A stretch of 64,000 nt of DNA, from the IMG/VR virus record IMGVR_UViG_2898799289_000011, one strand, 5' to 3'. Each line of letters starts with the position of its first letter. Positions within the stretch are counted from its first letter, which is position 1. Below the pieces are notes generated by a model, which was not told the origin of the DNA, did no database searches, and saw only the letters and a program-made list of their open reading frames with translations. The DNA comes from an uncultured virus (IMG/VR IMGVR_UViG_2898799289_000011). Lineage: Duplodnaviria; Heunggongvirae; Uroviricota; Caudoviricetes. The translations under genes and the position numbers were made by a program. Below, in pieces: positions 1 through 9,764 of the stretch.

Positions 1-204
1 ATGCAGACCAGAACCTGCCTGAACCAGACCGAACTCGCCGCGCGCTGGAGCATTTCGGCGCGCACCCTCGAACGCTGGCGCTGGACCGGCGAGGGCCCGG
101 CCTTCCTGAAGATCGGCGGCCGTGTGGTCTACCGGCTCGAGGATGTGCTGGCCTATGAGCAGGCCCGCCAGCGGCGCAGCACCGCGGATCGGGGCGCGGC
201 ATGA
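1..204 (+). CDS. Small HTH DNA-binding protein (excisionase/AlpA-like)
   Basis: LNQTELAARWSISARTLERWRWTGEGPAFLKIGGRVVYR, MerR-like HTH; paralog at 58334. Confidence 0.85.
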   Translation: MQTRTCLNQTELAARWSISARTLERWRWTGEGPAFLKIGGRVVYRLEDVLAYEQARQRRSTADRGAA

Positions 205-566
205 TGGCTCGGCATTCCATCCTCCGCGCCACAGGCGTCGTGTCGATCTTTGGCGCGGCCGGACCTGCGCTTGACGAGGTCGGGCTTTCGGCCTGGATCG
301 CGCAGGCCGCGCCCGGCGAGACGCTGGTCTACCATCGCGGCTTTCTCGCGGTCGATGCGACCTCCGTCATCTCGAAGCTGCCCGCCGAACAGCAGCGCGC
401 CCTTCGCCTGGTGGCCTCGGCCGCGCTGCGCGCCGCCGAGCAGGGGCTTGTCCACCTCGTGCAGGCCCGGATCGGCCCCGACCAGTTCGCCTACATCGCC
501 ATCGCCCGGGCCAAGCCGCGCCAGGCCGGTCCTGCCCTGTCCATGCGCCTTCTCGAGGCCGCCTGA
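201..566 (+). CDS. Phage hypothetical protein
   Basis: ATGA overlap with upstream gene; host-like codon usage. Confidence 0.75.
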   Translation: MMARHSILRATGVVSIFGAAGPALDEVGLSAWIAQAAPGETLVYHRGFLAVDATSVISKLPAEQQRALRLVASAALRAAEQGLVHLVQARIGPDQFAYIAIARAKPRQAGPALSMRLLEAA

Positions 567-592
567 CCCTATCCCCCATTACGGAGACCTCC

Positions 593-1081
593 ATGACGTT
601 CCCGCAAAACACCCCCAGCATCGATCAGCTGATCAACTTGCCCGCAGGCGAGATCGCCCAGCTTCCCGTCGAGCTTCTGGCCGCCCTGCAGCGCGAGATC
701 GACGCCGCGGCCAAGCAGATGAAGGCCGTCACCGCACGCTTTTCCACCGCGCTTGAGGTCCGCTACGCCGCCCGAGCTGCCGAGGCACGCCGCGCCTGCG
801 GCAAGGACACCGGCACCGTTCGCATTGTCGACGGAGATTTCACCGTGGTCGCCGACCTGCCGAAGCGCGTCGAATGGGACCAGGCCAAGCTCGCCGCCAT
901 GGTCGAACGCATCCGCGCCGCAGGCGAAGATCCGGCCGAATACGTCGAGATCAGCTTCAAGGTGCCTGAGCGCGCCTATGTCGCCTGGCCCGAGGCAATC
1001 CGCCAGGGCTTCGAGCCCGCCCGCACCGTCAAGACCGGCACGCTGAAAGTCGACCTCCTCCCGCTGGAGGATCGCGCGTGA
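593..1081 (+). CDS. Conserved phage early protein
   Basis: GGAG RBS; clear paralog at 58554-59039 (GKDTGTVR, KRVEWDQ, VPER, FEPARTV). Confidence 0.8.
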   Translation: MTFPQNTPSIDQLINLPAGEIAQLPVELLAALQREIDAAAKQMKAVTARFSTALEVRYAARAAEARRACGKDTGTVRIVDGDFTVVADLPKRVEWDQAKLAAMVERIRAAGEDPAEYVEISFKVPERAYVAWPEAIRQGFEPARTVKTGTLKVDLLPLEDRA

Positions 1082-1947
1082 GCCTGCCCATCATCACCGC
1101 CGACCAGCGGTTGGCCGAGCCGCGCGGCATCAAGGGCTGCATCTTCGGCAAGTCCGGCATCGGCAAGACCAGCCTGCTTTGGACGCTCGACCCGGCCTGC
1201 ACGCTGTTCATCGACCTCGAGGCGGGCGATCTGGCCATCGAGGGCTGGCCGGGCGACAGCATCCGGCCACGCACATGGGCGGAGTGTCGGGATTTCGCAG
1301 TGTTCATCGGCGGGCCGAACCCGGCCCTGCGCGACGAGCAGCCCTACAGCCCCGCGCATCATGCCGCCGTCTGCCAGAAGTTCGGCGATCCTGCCGCGCT
1401 CGACCGCTACGACACGATCTTCGTCGACTCGATCACCGTGGCGGGGCGGCTCTGCTTCCAATGGTGCAAGGGCCAACCCGAGGCGGTTTCGGAAAAGACC
1501 GGCAAGCCGGATGTGCGCGGGGCCTACGGGTTGCACGGGCGCGAGATGATCGCCTGGCTGACCCACCTCCAGCACACCCGGGGTCGCAACGTCTGGTTCG
1601 TCGGGATCCTCGACGAGAAGTTCGACGACTTCAACCGGCGTATCTTCCAGCCGCAGATCGACGGCTCGAAGACCGGGCTCGAGCTGCCGGGGATCGTCGA
1701 CGAAGTGATCACCATGGCCGAGCTCAAGGCCGATGGCGGCGATCCCTACCGCGCCTTCGTCTGCCACACCATCAACCCATGGGGCTTCCCGGCCAAGGAC
1801 CGTTCCGGTCGTCTTGGCCCCGTGGAAGAGCCGCATCTTGGCCGCCTGATGGAGAAGATCCGCGCCCCCGGCACGCCCGCGCCAAGGCGCCTGACCTTCA
1901 CGCCGCCCGCTGAAGGCGCGGCCGATCACCCCCATCCGCAATCCTGA
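1078..1947 (+). CDS. AAA_24 / Sak4-like phage ATPase (recombinase)
   Basis: Walker A GKSGIGKT, Walker B IFVDS, C-terminal AKDRSG. Confidence 0.85.
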   Translation: MSLPIITADQRLAEPRGIKGCIFGKSGIGKTSLLWTLDPACTLFIDLEAGDLAIEGWPGDSIRPRTWAECRDFAVFIGGPNPALRDEQPYSPAHHAAVCQKFGDPAALDRYDTIFVDSITVAGRLCFQWCKGQPEAVSEKTGKPDVRGAYGLHGREMIAWLTHLQHTRGRNVWFVGILDEKFDDFNRRIFQPQIDGSKTGLELPGIVDEVITMAELKADGGDPYRAFVCHTINPWGFPAKDRSGRLGPVEEPHLGRLMEKIRAPGTPAPRRLTFTPPAEGAADHPHPQS

Positions 1948-1967
1948 TCCGCAAAGGAGACACCCCC

Positions 1968-2582
1968 ATGAGTTCCTGGAACGACTTCAACGACGCCCAG
2001 TCCAACACCAACCTCATCCCCAAGGGCACGCTGGCCAAGGTGCGGCTGACGATCCGCCCCGGCGGTTTCGACGACGCGTCGCAGGGCTGGACGGGCGGCT
2101 ATGCCACGCGCGGCTCGACCGGCGCTGTGTACCTGAACGGTGAGTTCACGGTGACCGAAGGCCAGTATGCCCGGCGCAAGATCTTCACCCTGATCGGGCT
2201 TTACAGCCCCAAGGGGCCGGACTGGGCCAACATGGGCCGCAGCCTCGTGCGTGGCATGCTGAACTCGGCGCGCGGGATTTCCGACAAGGACCAGTCCCCG
2301 CAGGCGCAAGCGGCGCGCCGGATCAACGGGCTGAAGGATCTCGACGGGATCGAGTTCCTCGCCCGGATCGATGTCGGCACCGATGCCACTGGCGATGACA
2401 AGAACCAAATCCGCAGCGCCGTGACGCCGGACCATCGGGATTACGCCCAACATATGGGCTTGTCCGCACAGCCCGGCTACCACCCGCCCGCGCAACCCGC
2501 GCCGCAGCAGCCGGTTCAGCAGCAGCCGGTTCAGCAGCAGCCCGCGTCGCCCGTACCGGGTCGTCCCTCCTGGGCACAGTGA
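1968..2582 (+). CDS. Phage ssDNA-binding-like protein (DUF669-like)
   Basis: AAGGAG RBS; follows Sak4-like gene; Pro/Gln tail ending RPSWAQ. Confidence 0.7.
   Translation: MSSWNDFNDAQSNTNLIPKGTLAKVRLTIRPGGFDDASQGWTGGYATRGSTGAVYLNGEFTVTEGQYARRKIFTLIGLYSPKGPDWANMGRSLVRGMLNSARGISDKDQSPQAQAARRINGLKDLDGIEFLARIDVGTDATGDDKNQIRSAVTPDHRDYAQHMGLSAQPGYHPPAQPAPQQPVQQQPVQQQPASPVPGRPSWAQ
2505..2543 (+). repeat. In-frame 15-bp tandem repeat (CAGCAGCCGGTTCAG) encoding QQPVQ
   Basis: About 2.5 copies read directly from the sequence. Confidence 0.8.
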
Positions 2583-2593
2583 GGGCCTGACTC

Positions 2594-4285
2594 ATGCGCC
2601 TTCGCCCCCGTCAGAGCCTGTTCGTGGAGCGCAGCCTCGCTGCGCTCTGCGATCACGGCAACACCCTCAGCATCGCCTCGACGGGCTTCGGCAAGACCAT
2701 CGCCCTGTCGGCGGTTGTCGCGAAGTCCCTCGAGGGCGGTGATGCCAAGGCCTGCATCCTGGCCCATCGCGACGAGTTGACCGCCCAGAACCGGGCGAAG
2801 TTCGGCCGGGTCGCGCCTGACATCCCCACGTCCGTCGTCGATGCCGAGGCCAAGAGCTGGGCCGGACGTGCGACCTTCGCCATGGTGCCGACCCTCTCGC
2901 GACCCACCAATCTGGCCGCGATGCCCGCGCTCGACCTGCTGGTCATCGACGAGGCGCATCACGCGGTGGCTGACAGCTACCGCCGGATCATCGATCATGT
3001 CCGGGGTGCCAACCCCGCCTGCCGGATCTTCGGCGTCACGGCCACGCCGAACCGGGGTGACCGCAAGGGTCTGCGCGAGATCTTCGACAATGTCGGCGAC
3101 CAGGTGCGGCTGGGCGAGCTGATCGCCTCGGGCCACCTCGTCCCGCCCCGCACCTTCGTCATCGACGTGGGCGTGCAGGAACAACTGCGTGCTGTGCGCA
3201 AGAGCGCCGCTGACTACGACATGACCGAGGTCGCGCAGATCATGAACCGCGCGCCGGTGACGGACGAGGTCGTGCGGCACTGGCAGGAAAAGGCGAGCGA
3301 GCGGCCGACCGTGGTCTTCTGCTCCACCGTCGCCCATGCCGAAAACGTCGCGGCGGCCTTCAAAGGCGCAGGTGTTTCGGCGGCCGTCATCCATGGCGAT
3401 CTCGATGCCAGCACGCGTCGCCGGATCCTCGCCGCCTATGCCTCAGGCGAAATCCGCGTCATCGTCAACGTGGCCGTGCTGACCGAGGGCTGGGACCACC
3501 CGCCGACCTCCTGCGTCGTCCTGCTGCGCCCCAGCTCCTACAAATCGACCATGATCCAGATGGTCGGGCGTGGCCTGCGCACAGTGGAACCCGAGGAACA
3601 CCCCGGTGTCGTCAAGACCGACTGCATCGTGCTGGATTTCGGGACGTCGAGCCTGATCCACGGTACGCTGGAACAGGATGTCGACCTCGACGGCAAGCTT
3701 GATCCCGGAGAGGCGCCGACGAAGACCTGTCCGGCCTGCGAGGCTGAAATCCCATTAGCCGCCATGGAATGCCCGCTCTGCGGCGAGGCGTTCGCGCGCG
3801 ACCCGGAGGAGCAAGGCGAAGGCCAGGATGCCATTCCGCTCTCGGGTTTCATCATGTCCGAGATCGACCTTCTGAGGCGGTCGAGCTTCGCATGGGTCGA
3901 TCTCTTCGGCGATGACGCCGCGCTGATGGCCAACGGCTTCAATGCCTGGGGCGGGATCTTCTTTCTCGATGGACGCTGGCACGCGGTGGGCGGCGCGAAG
4001 GGGCGTGCACCCCGGCTGCTGGGTGTTGGGGAGCGGACGGTCTGCCTCGCGCAGGCCGATGACTGGCTGAATGAATACGAGACCGACGAGAGTGCCTTCA
4101 AATCGAAGGGCTGGCTAAAGCAGGCCGCGACCGAAAAGCAGCTGCAATACCTGCCGCCCGAGTTCCGTCAGGATTATGGCCTGACCCGCTATCGCGCCTC
4201 GGCGCTGATGACCTTCGGCTTCAACAAGCGCGAAATCCGCCAGCTCGTCGGCCGTGCCAGCCCGGGTATCGGGAGGGCGGCGTGA
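2594..4285 (+). CDS. SF2 DEAH-box helicase with Zn finger
   Basis: TGFGKT, DEAHH, TATP, QMVGRGLR, CPAC..CPLC. Confidence 0.92.
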   Translation: MRLRPRQSLFVERSLAALCDHGNTLSIASTGFGKTIALSAVVAKSLEGGDAKACILAHRDELTAQNRAKFGRVAPDIPTSVVDAEAKSWAGRATFAMVPTLSRPTNLAAMPALDLLVIDEAHHAVADSYRRIIDHVRGANPACRIFGVTATPNRGDRKGLREIFDNVGDQVRLGELIASGHLVPPRTFVIDVGVQEQLRAVRKSAADYDMTEVAQIMNRAPVTDEVVRHWQEKASERPTVVFCSTVAHAENVAAAFKGAGVSAAVIHGDLDASTRRRILAAYASGEIRVIVNVAVLTEGWDHPPTSCVVLLRPSSYKSTMIQMVGRGLRTVEPEEHPGVVKTDCIVLDFGTSSLIHGTLEQDVDLDGKLDPGEAPTKTCPACEAEIPLAAMECPLCGEAFARDPEEQGEGQDAIPLSGFIMSEIDLLRRSSFAWVDLFGDDAALMANGFNAWGGIFFLDGRWHAVGGAKGRAPRLLGVGERTVCLAQADDWLNEYETDESAFKSKGWLKQAATEKQLQYLPPEFRQDYGLTRYRASALMTFGFNKREIRQLVGRASPGIGRAA

Positions 4286-4686
4286 CCCATGCCGGGCAAA
4301 TTGCACCCCTTCCTGAACCGGCCCGCCATTGGCACCCGCGCCTGCAACCTTGCGCCGTCTGCCTGCGCCCGGCGCAAGGCTTCGGCTTCTTCAACCCCGC
4401 CAAACCACGCCCTCGCAAGCATCGCTGGTTCTGCTCGATGCCCTGCCAGGGATGGTTCGCGGCCCGCCATCGCAAAGGACTGACCATGCAGGGAATGACC
4501 GAGGAAGAGCGCGTGGCCATCGCGCTGGTGATGAAGCGTCTGGGCCAGACGATGGACCGGATCGGCTGGGACAAGCGGCTTCGCGATCTCACAGCGGCAG
4601 ACGTCACCGCGCTGATCGAAGAGGTGCTGGAGGGCTACGGGGCCGAGATGTCGCGCATCGCGGCCACGGCGGAGGTGCCGTTCTGA
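4282..4686 (+). CDS. Phage Zn-binding protein (DUF6511-like)
   Basis: CAVC...FCSMPCQ, ends EVPF; GTGA overlap; paralog at 63260. Confidence 0.7.
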   Translation: MTHAGQIAPLPEPARHWHPRLQPCAVCLRPAQGFGFFNPAKPRPRKHRWFCSMPCQGWFAARHRKGLTMQGMTEEERVAIALVMKRLGQTMDRIGWDKRLRDLTAADVTALIEEVLEGYGAEMSRIAATAEVPF

Positions 4687-5453
4687 TGCTGGACTACAAC
4701 CATCGCCCCGGCATTGCCGAACGCGTCAACGCTGCCATCGATGCCGCGCTGATCGCCGAGCGCGAGGCCACGCCACCCCGAACCTATCTCGGCGCATCCC
4801 GGCTGGGCCATGCCTGCGAACGGGCCTTGCAGTTCGAATTCGCGGGCGCGCCCAAGGACGACGGTGCGGATTTCGGCGGTCAGACGCTGCGGATCTTCGA
4901 GATCGGCCACCAACTCGAGGATCTGGCCATCCGCTGGCTGCGCGCGGCCGGGCTCGACCTCTACACCCGCAAGGGCAATCGCCCCGATGGCGAGCAGTTC
5001 GGCTTTTCCGTCGCGGGCGGGCGCATCCGGGGGCATGTCGACGGGATCATCGCCGCGGCACCTGCGCCGCTGGGCATCGGCGTTCCCGCGCTCTGGGAAT
5101 GCAAGACCATGAACGCCAAGAACTGGCGGGCCTGCGTCAAGGACGGGGTCGCTGTCGCCAAGCCGGTCTATGCCGCGCAGATCGCGCTCTACCAAGCCTA
5201 CATGGAAGGGGCGGTCCCCGGCATTTCGGCCCATCCGGCGCTGTTCACGGCGATCAACAAGGACACCGCCGAACTGCACCACGAGCTTGTGCCCTTCGAT
5301 GCAGGGCTCGCGCAGCGCATGTCGGACCGGGGCGTCCGGATCCTGCAGGCGACCGACGCGGGCGAGCTGCTGCCCCGCATCGCCACCAATCGTGACTTCT
5401 TCGAATGCCGCTTCTGCCCATGGGCCGCGCGTTGCTGGGGGCTGCCCGGATGA
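4686..5453 (+). CDS. PD-(D/E)XK Cas4/YqaJ-like exonuclease
   Basis: True start at ATG 4686 (TGATG overlap); YLGAS..C, GHVDG, WECK, QIALY, CRFCPW...C. Confidence 0.85.
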   Translation: MLDYNHRPGIAERVNAAIDAALIAEREATPPRTYLGASRLGHACERALQFEFAGAPKDDGADFGGQTLRIFEIGHQLEDLAIRWLRAAGLDLYTRKGNRPDGEQFGFSVAGGRIRGHVDGIIAAAPAPLGIGVPALWECKTMNAKNWRACVKDGVAVAKPVYAAQIALYQAYMEGAVPGISAHPALFTAINKDTAELHHELVPFDAGLAQRMSDRGVRILQATDAGELLPRIATNRDFFECRFCPWAARCWGLPG

Positions 5454-7747
5454 GCGACGACAACATCATCCACTTCAGCCCATGGCAGGACTTCAACGAC
5501 GCCCCGGCGGCCGAAGATCCGTTCGGCGTGGAGCCCGACCCGGTCCAGATCGCGACGTTCCTCGATGTCGTGTTCGGCTGGTGCGAAGGCCAGATCCCGG
5601 TTCGAGGCTTTGTCGACATGGGGCAGGGCAAGGAGGGCCGGCCCCACAACGTCTGGATGGACGCTGACGCCACGGCAGCTGGCAAGCTCGCCACCTTCGC
5701 CAACTGGGCCTGGCGCGAAGGGGCCGCCGTCTACGTGATCCCCGGCACGGTCGCCGGGGCAGGGCAGGCCAAAGCCGCCGAAGTCCTGCAAATGCAGGCA
5801 TTGGTCGTCGACCTCGACGCGGGTGGCATCCCTGCCAAGCTCGCTCATCTGTTGCGTCATCTGGGTCAACCCACCCTGATCATCGAGAGCGGTGGGCGGA
5901 CGTCCGAAGGTGCAGCCAAGCTGCATGTCTGGTGGAAGATGACCGAACCCGCCGAGGGGGCGGCGCTGGCCAGTCTTTGCCGCCTGCGGGGCGAGATTGC
6001 CCTGAAGGTCGGCGGCGACACGCATTTTCGGTCTGCGCACCAGCCGATCAGAGTGGCAGGCACAGTCTATCACAAGCATGGCAACCAGCGGCTGGTGCAA
6101 ATTCGCGAGCACCATTCCGTCGAGGTCGATCTCGACGAGTTCGCAGAGCGCGTCGCCGAAATGCCGCCCTTGCCGGGGGCCGGGATGGTCGCCAGCGGCA
6201 GTGTCACCCCGGACAAGCCCCGCCTCGACGATGTCTTGGTGACCCCAGTGCGCGAGGGCGGGCAGGACGACTGGTCCCGTTTTGAGGGGGCATCGGCCGC
6301 GATCGGCCATTTCATCCGCATGGTCCACGAAGGCCGGATGTCGAAGGACGAGGGCTGGCAGGCGATCTGCGGCTACAATTCCGCGATGCTCCGGCCCTCC
6401 TGGCCGATCGAGCGCCTTCAGCGCGAGTCCGAGCGGCTCTGGGATCTGCATGTCCAGAAGAACGGGCCGCCGCTGGTCCGCCTCGACAGCGCGGCCCCCG
6501 CGCCCTGCGAAATGCCCACCTTCACGCTCGGCGCACTGCTGGACGATACCAGCCCGATGCCCGAGGACATCATCGCGCCCCGCGTCCTGACGCCGGGTGG
6601 CTTGCTGGTGCTGGGCGGTGCGCCGAAGGTCGGCAAGAGCGATCTGACCATCAGCTGGCTCGTGCACATGGCTGCCGGGGTGCCGTTTCTCGGCTTCACC
6701 CCGCCGCGCCCGCTGCGGGTGTTCTACCTGCAGGCCGAGATCCAGTATCACTACCTGCGCGAGCGGTTGGGCCAGATCGCGCTGCCCGCCAGGGTTCTGG
6801 CCGCCGCACGCGAAACCTTCGTGGCAACGCCGAAGCTGAAGCTGCTGCTCGATACCGAGGGCAGCATGCGCGTGGCGCGCGCCATCCAGGCAGCCTTTCC
6901 GGATGTGGGCCCAGACATCATCTGCATCGACCCGATACGCAACCTCTTCGATGGTGGTCCGGATGGTGGCGGCGAAAACGACAACACCGCCATGATGTTC
7001 TTCCTCAAGGACCGGGTCGAGGTGCTGCGGGATTACATCAACCCCGCTTGCGGGGTGATCCTGGTTCATCACACGCGAAAGCTGTCGAAGCAGCAGCTGA
7101 AGGACGATCCGTTCCTCGCCCTGTCGGGGGCCAGCGCGCTCAGGGGCTTCTACACTTCCGGCCTGATCCTGCATCGGCCGGATGAGGACGCACCGGAGCG
7201 CAAGCTCGAGATCGAGCTCAGGAATGGCCCCGCGCTGCCCTCGAAGCTGATCGACAAGGTTGGCGGCCAGTGGGTCGAGATCAACCCGATGAATGAGCGC
7301 CTGGTCCGCGCCGAGGTTGGCGCGAAATACGACGCCGAGCGCGTGCGCAAGCAGGAGGTGATCCTCTCCATCCTGCTTGAGGAAGCCGCCGAGGGGCGTC
7401 TCTATACCGCCAACCAGTTCGCAGAAGTATTCGAGAACAAGGGCGGTCTGGGCGGCAAGGATGCCATCCGCGACCGGATTGCCGTGCAGGCCACCAAGGG
7501 CACCATCAAGTTTGTCCGCAACGCGGCGCCCTATGGCCTTGGGCCGTCACGCTCGCGCTTTGGCTACCTCTGCGTCGAGGGAATGGTCATGCCCTTGGGG
7601 CGCGAGGAGGTCGATCCGGAGACCGGCGAAGTCAGCCCCGCACGCGTTGCAGTGCTGCCGACCCATTACAAATCGCCCCAGACCGGCGCGCTTCTCGAGG
7701 TCGAGAACCCGCATATCTGGGTCTATCCCGAGGGGGATCGTCCATGA
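5450..7747 (+). CDS. Primase (RepB/AEP-like)-helicase (AAA_25/RepA-like) fusion
   Basis: VVDLD, ESGG..LHVWW, IRVAGT at the N-terminus; GAPKVGKS, CIDP, VHHTRK at the C-terminus. Confidence 0.85.
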   Translation: MSDDNIIHFSPWQDFNDAPAAEDPFGVEPDPVQIATFLDVVFGWCEGQIPVRGFVDMGQGKEGRPHNVWMDADATAAGKLATFANWAWREGAAVYVIPGTVAGAGQAKAAEVLQMQALVVDLDAGGIPAKLAHLLRHLGQPTLIIESGGRTSEGAAKLHVWWKMTEPAEGAALASLCRLRGEIALKVGGDTHFRSAHQPIRVAGTVYHKHGNQRLVQIREHHSVEVDLDEFAERVAEMPPLPGAGMVASGSVTPDKPRLDDVLVTPVREGGQDDWSRFEGASAAIGHFIRMVHEGRMSKDEGWQAICGYNSAMLRPSWPIERLQRESERLWDLHVQKNGPPLVRLDSAAPAPCEMPTFTLGALLDDTSPMPEDIIAPRVLTPGGLLVLGGAPKVGKSDLTISWLVHMAAGVPFLGFTPPRPLRVFYLQAEIQYHYLRERLGQIALPARVLAAARETFVATPKLKLLLDTEGSMRVARAIQAAFPDVGPDIICIDPIRNLFDGGPDGGGENDNTAMMFFLKDRVEVLRDYINPACGVILVHHTRKLSKQQLKDDPFLALSGASALRGFYTSGLILHRPDEDAPERKLEIELRNGPALPSKLIDKVGGQWVEINPMNERLVRAEVGAKYDAERVRKQEVILSILLEEAAEGRLYTANQFAEVFENKGGLGGKDAIRDRIAVQATKGTIKFVRNAAPYGLGPSRSRFGYLCVEGMVMPLGREEVDPETGEVSPARVAVLPTHYKSPQTGALLEVENPHIWVYPEGDRP

Positions 7748-7805
7748 TCGCGCCCGCAGATCGCTTCGCGCGGAATTGCGCAGAGGCCAGTTTGAACCAG
7801 ATTGG

Positions 7806-8087
7806 CCAAACTGCCGAAACTGCCTCGCCATCCTCACGCAGGACCACGCAGGGTCCAGTTGTGACCAGTTTCGGCCCGCTTCCGAAACTGCCCCTGCAGG
7901 ATTGCGCGGAAGCCGCAACGGCTACGCTGCAACCAGTTTCGGCAGGATCGACCGAAACACACCTCCCGAAACTGGAATTCCCGTTTCCTGTCAGTGTCTT
8001 GATCGGTGTTCCAAGTTTAGGGGGTGAAACCACCCCCTACGGGGGTGGGGGAGAACGCCGCAGGCGGGTTCTCCCTCGCCCACCCCC
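7806..8087. repeat. Cluster of CCGAAACTG repeats plus strong hairpins; candidate replication origin
   Basis: CCGAAACTG at 7814, 7882, 7966; inverse CCAGTTTCGG at 7865, 7933; hairpins 8019-8038 and 8041-8087. Confidence 0.55.
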
Positions 8088-8187
8088 AGGGGGTTCGCGC
8101 GCGGGGCCTGTCACTGGTCCGATCACGCCGAGTTCCCAATCTGACGTCGCCTTCCACCGAGCAGCCAACTAGAAGAGGAGACCCCCC

Positions 8188-8724
8188 ATGGCTGACCTGT
8201 CCTTCGCCACCCAACCCCATGTGGTCATCCCCGATCTGCCGACCGCCGTCAGGTCAGGCCTCACCCTGTTGGCCCTCGACCTTGGCACCACGACGGGATG
8301 GGCGCTGCATGGCCTTGATGGGCTGATCACCAGCGGCACCGTCTCCTTCCGTCCCGGTCGCTTCGATGGCGGTGGCATGCGCTATCTGCGGTTCACCAAC
8401 TGGCTGGGCGAACTCGACCGGCTGTCCGGGCCCATCGCCTCCATCTGGTTCGAAGAGGTCCGTCGCCACGCCGCAACCGACGCCGCCCATGTCTATGGCG
8501 GGCTGATGGCCACGCTGACCGCATGGGCCGAACTGCGCGGCGTGCCTTACGAGGGCGTCCCGGTCGGCACGATCAAGCGCCACGCTACCGGCAAGGGCAA
8601 CGCCGACAAGGCGGCGATGATTGCCGCCGCCCGGGCAAGGGGCTTCAGTCCCGCCGATGACAACGAGGCTGATGCCATCGCGATCCTGTTCTGGGCGCTC
8701 GAGACCAAGGGGGGCCTGCAATGA
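8188..8724 (+). CDS. RuvC-like Holliday junction resolvase
   Basis: LALDLGTTTGW, FEEV, TIKRHATGKGNADK, DNEADA. Confidence 0.8.
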   Translation: MADLSFATQPHVVIPDLPTAVRSGLTLLALDLGTTTGWALHGLDGLITSGTVSFRPGRFDGGGMRYLRFTNWLGELDRLSGPIASIWFEEVRRHAATDAAHVYGGLMATLTAWAELRGVPYEGVPVGTIKRHATGKGNADKAAMIAAARARGFSPADDNEADAIAILFWALETKGGLQ

Positions 8725-8927
8725 CCGGGATGCGTTTTGCGCCGAAAGGCTATGGCGGCCGCCGTCGGAACCCCGATGAGGTCAAACGCGATGGCTGGCA
8801 CGAACAGCGCGTTCTGGCCGTCGCCCTCGACGATCACCGCCTGACCTGGCCCGAGCGGGAATTGGTGCGCCAGCTAGGCGAGAAGCTTTATGGCCCGGCC
8901 AGCAGCGGGCGGGAGGTGCAGCGATGA
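8721..8927 (+). CDS. Phage hypothetical protein
   Basis: ATGA overlaps at both ends. Confidence 0.7.
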   Translation: MTGMRFAPKGYGGRRRNPDEVKRDGWHEQRVLAVALDDHRLTWPERELVRQLGEKLYGPASSGREVQR

Positions 8928-9352
8928 CCGTGTGGACCCCCGCGCTGGTCGAGGAACGACTGGCCGAAGCCGCCTTCGTCCTGAAGCGTCTGCCCGAGCC
9001 GCGCAGGCAGGGTTACTTCAGCACCTGGCCTGCGGTCCTGCACAGCTTTGGCGACAACGTCGGGCAGGAACCCAAACCTATGCGCGTGCTTCCCTCGCCG
9101 CAGGCAATCAGCCGCATGGAGGAAACGCTGACCTGGACTGCCTGCCTCGAGCCGGTGGACGGTCGCATCGTCTGGATGAAAGCCCATGGCGAGCGGTGGA
9201 AGGAGATCTGCTGGTCCGCGGGGCTGCACCGGTCGGCGGCACATCAGCACTGGCAATTCGGCCTCGCGGTGATCGCTCTCACTCTCAACAAGCGGCGGTT
9301 CAACCGCAACCTGTCGAAGCAGAGGGTGATCGAACTGGCCCGTGGCGCGTAA
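8924..9352 (+). CDS. DUF6362-like putative late-gene regulator (C-terminal HTH)
   Basis: GGAGG RBS; WKEICWSAGLHRSAAHQHW HTH; last gene before the late region. Confidence 0.65.
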   Translation: MTVWTPALVEERLAEAAFVLKRLPEPRRQGYFSTWPAVLHSFGDNVGQEPKPMRVLPSPQAISRMEETLTWTACLEPVDGRIVWMKAHGERWKEICWSAGLHRSAAHQHWQFGLAVIALTLNKRRFNRNLSKQRVIELARGA

Positions 9353-9369
9353 ACCTGCGCGCCAGATAG

Positions 9370-9392
9370 AAAATTGTCCGCCGGACAGTTTT
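9370..9392. promoter_or_regulatory. Inverted repeat AAAATTGTCCG-C-CGGACAGTTTT (operator-like)
   Basis: 11-bp arms with one mismatch, directly after the putative regulator. Confidence 0.45.
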
Positions 9393-9523
9393 CGAAGGGA
9401 CAGAAAGCCCTCTCCCGGGCTAGAAAGTTGATATGCTCGGGAGAGGAGCGCGCGGGGCAGGGGGGCCACTGGCTTCCGGTATCCAGCGGGAGTCCGGCCG
9501 GGGTCCAACCCGAGGGAGTTTCC

Positions 9524-9566
9524 GGTTCCTTCCGGGCAACATTCGTATGCTGGCGGGCGAAGCGCG
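9524..9566 (+). other. Candidate lambda-like cosQ/cosN packaging site
   Basis: GGTTCCT-20 nt-TGGCGGGCGAAG-CGCG resembles lambda GGGTCCT...GGGCGGCGACCT-CGCG; the phage encodes a GpA terminase. Confidence 0.45.
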
Positions 9567-9764
9567 GCGCATCGCTAGCGACAGGGCCGGATTTTTGGGA
9601 AGCCACCAGGAAGCCAGCGCTGCCTGAACCCGCCTGAAACACCGCAAAATCAAACTCTTGAAGCTGGACACCCCAATGGCCGCTGGACCCCGCGTGGAGT
9701 CCAGTCTGGACCCCGGCGTCCGGAAGCCAGGGGTTTCCACCCTGATCCGAGGAATGACCCGCCG

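Noticed and set aside
4686..5453. CRISPR-Cas (Cas4-like genes here and at 60748)
   Set aside because: No repeat-spacer array or other cas genes; these fit phage recombination nucleases
7744..8172. 142-aa ORF after the primase
   Set aside because: It has an ATGA overlap, but composition is atypical and it coincides with repeats and hairpins; not called as a CDS, though not excluded
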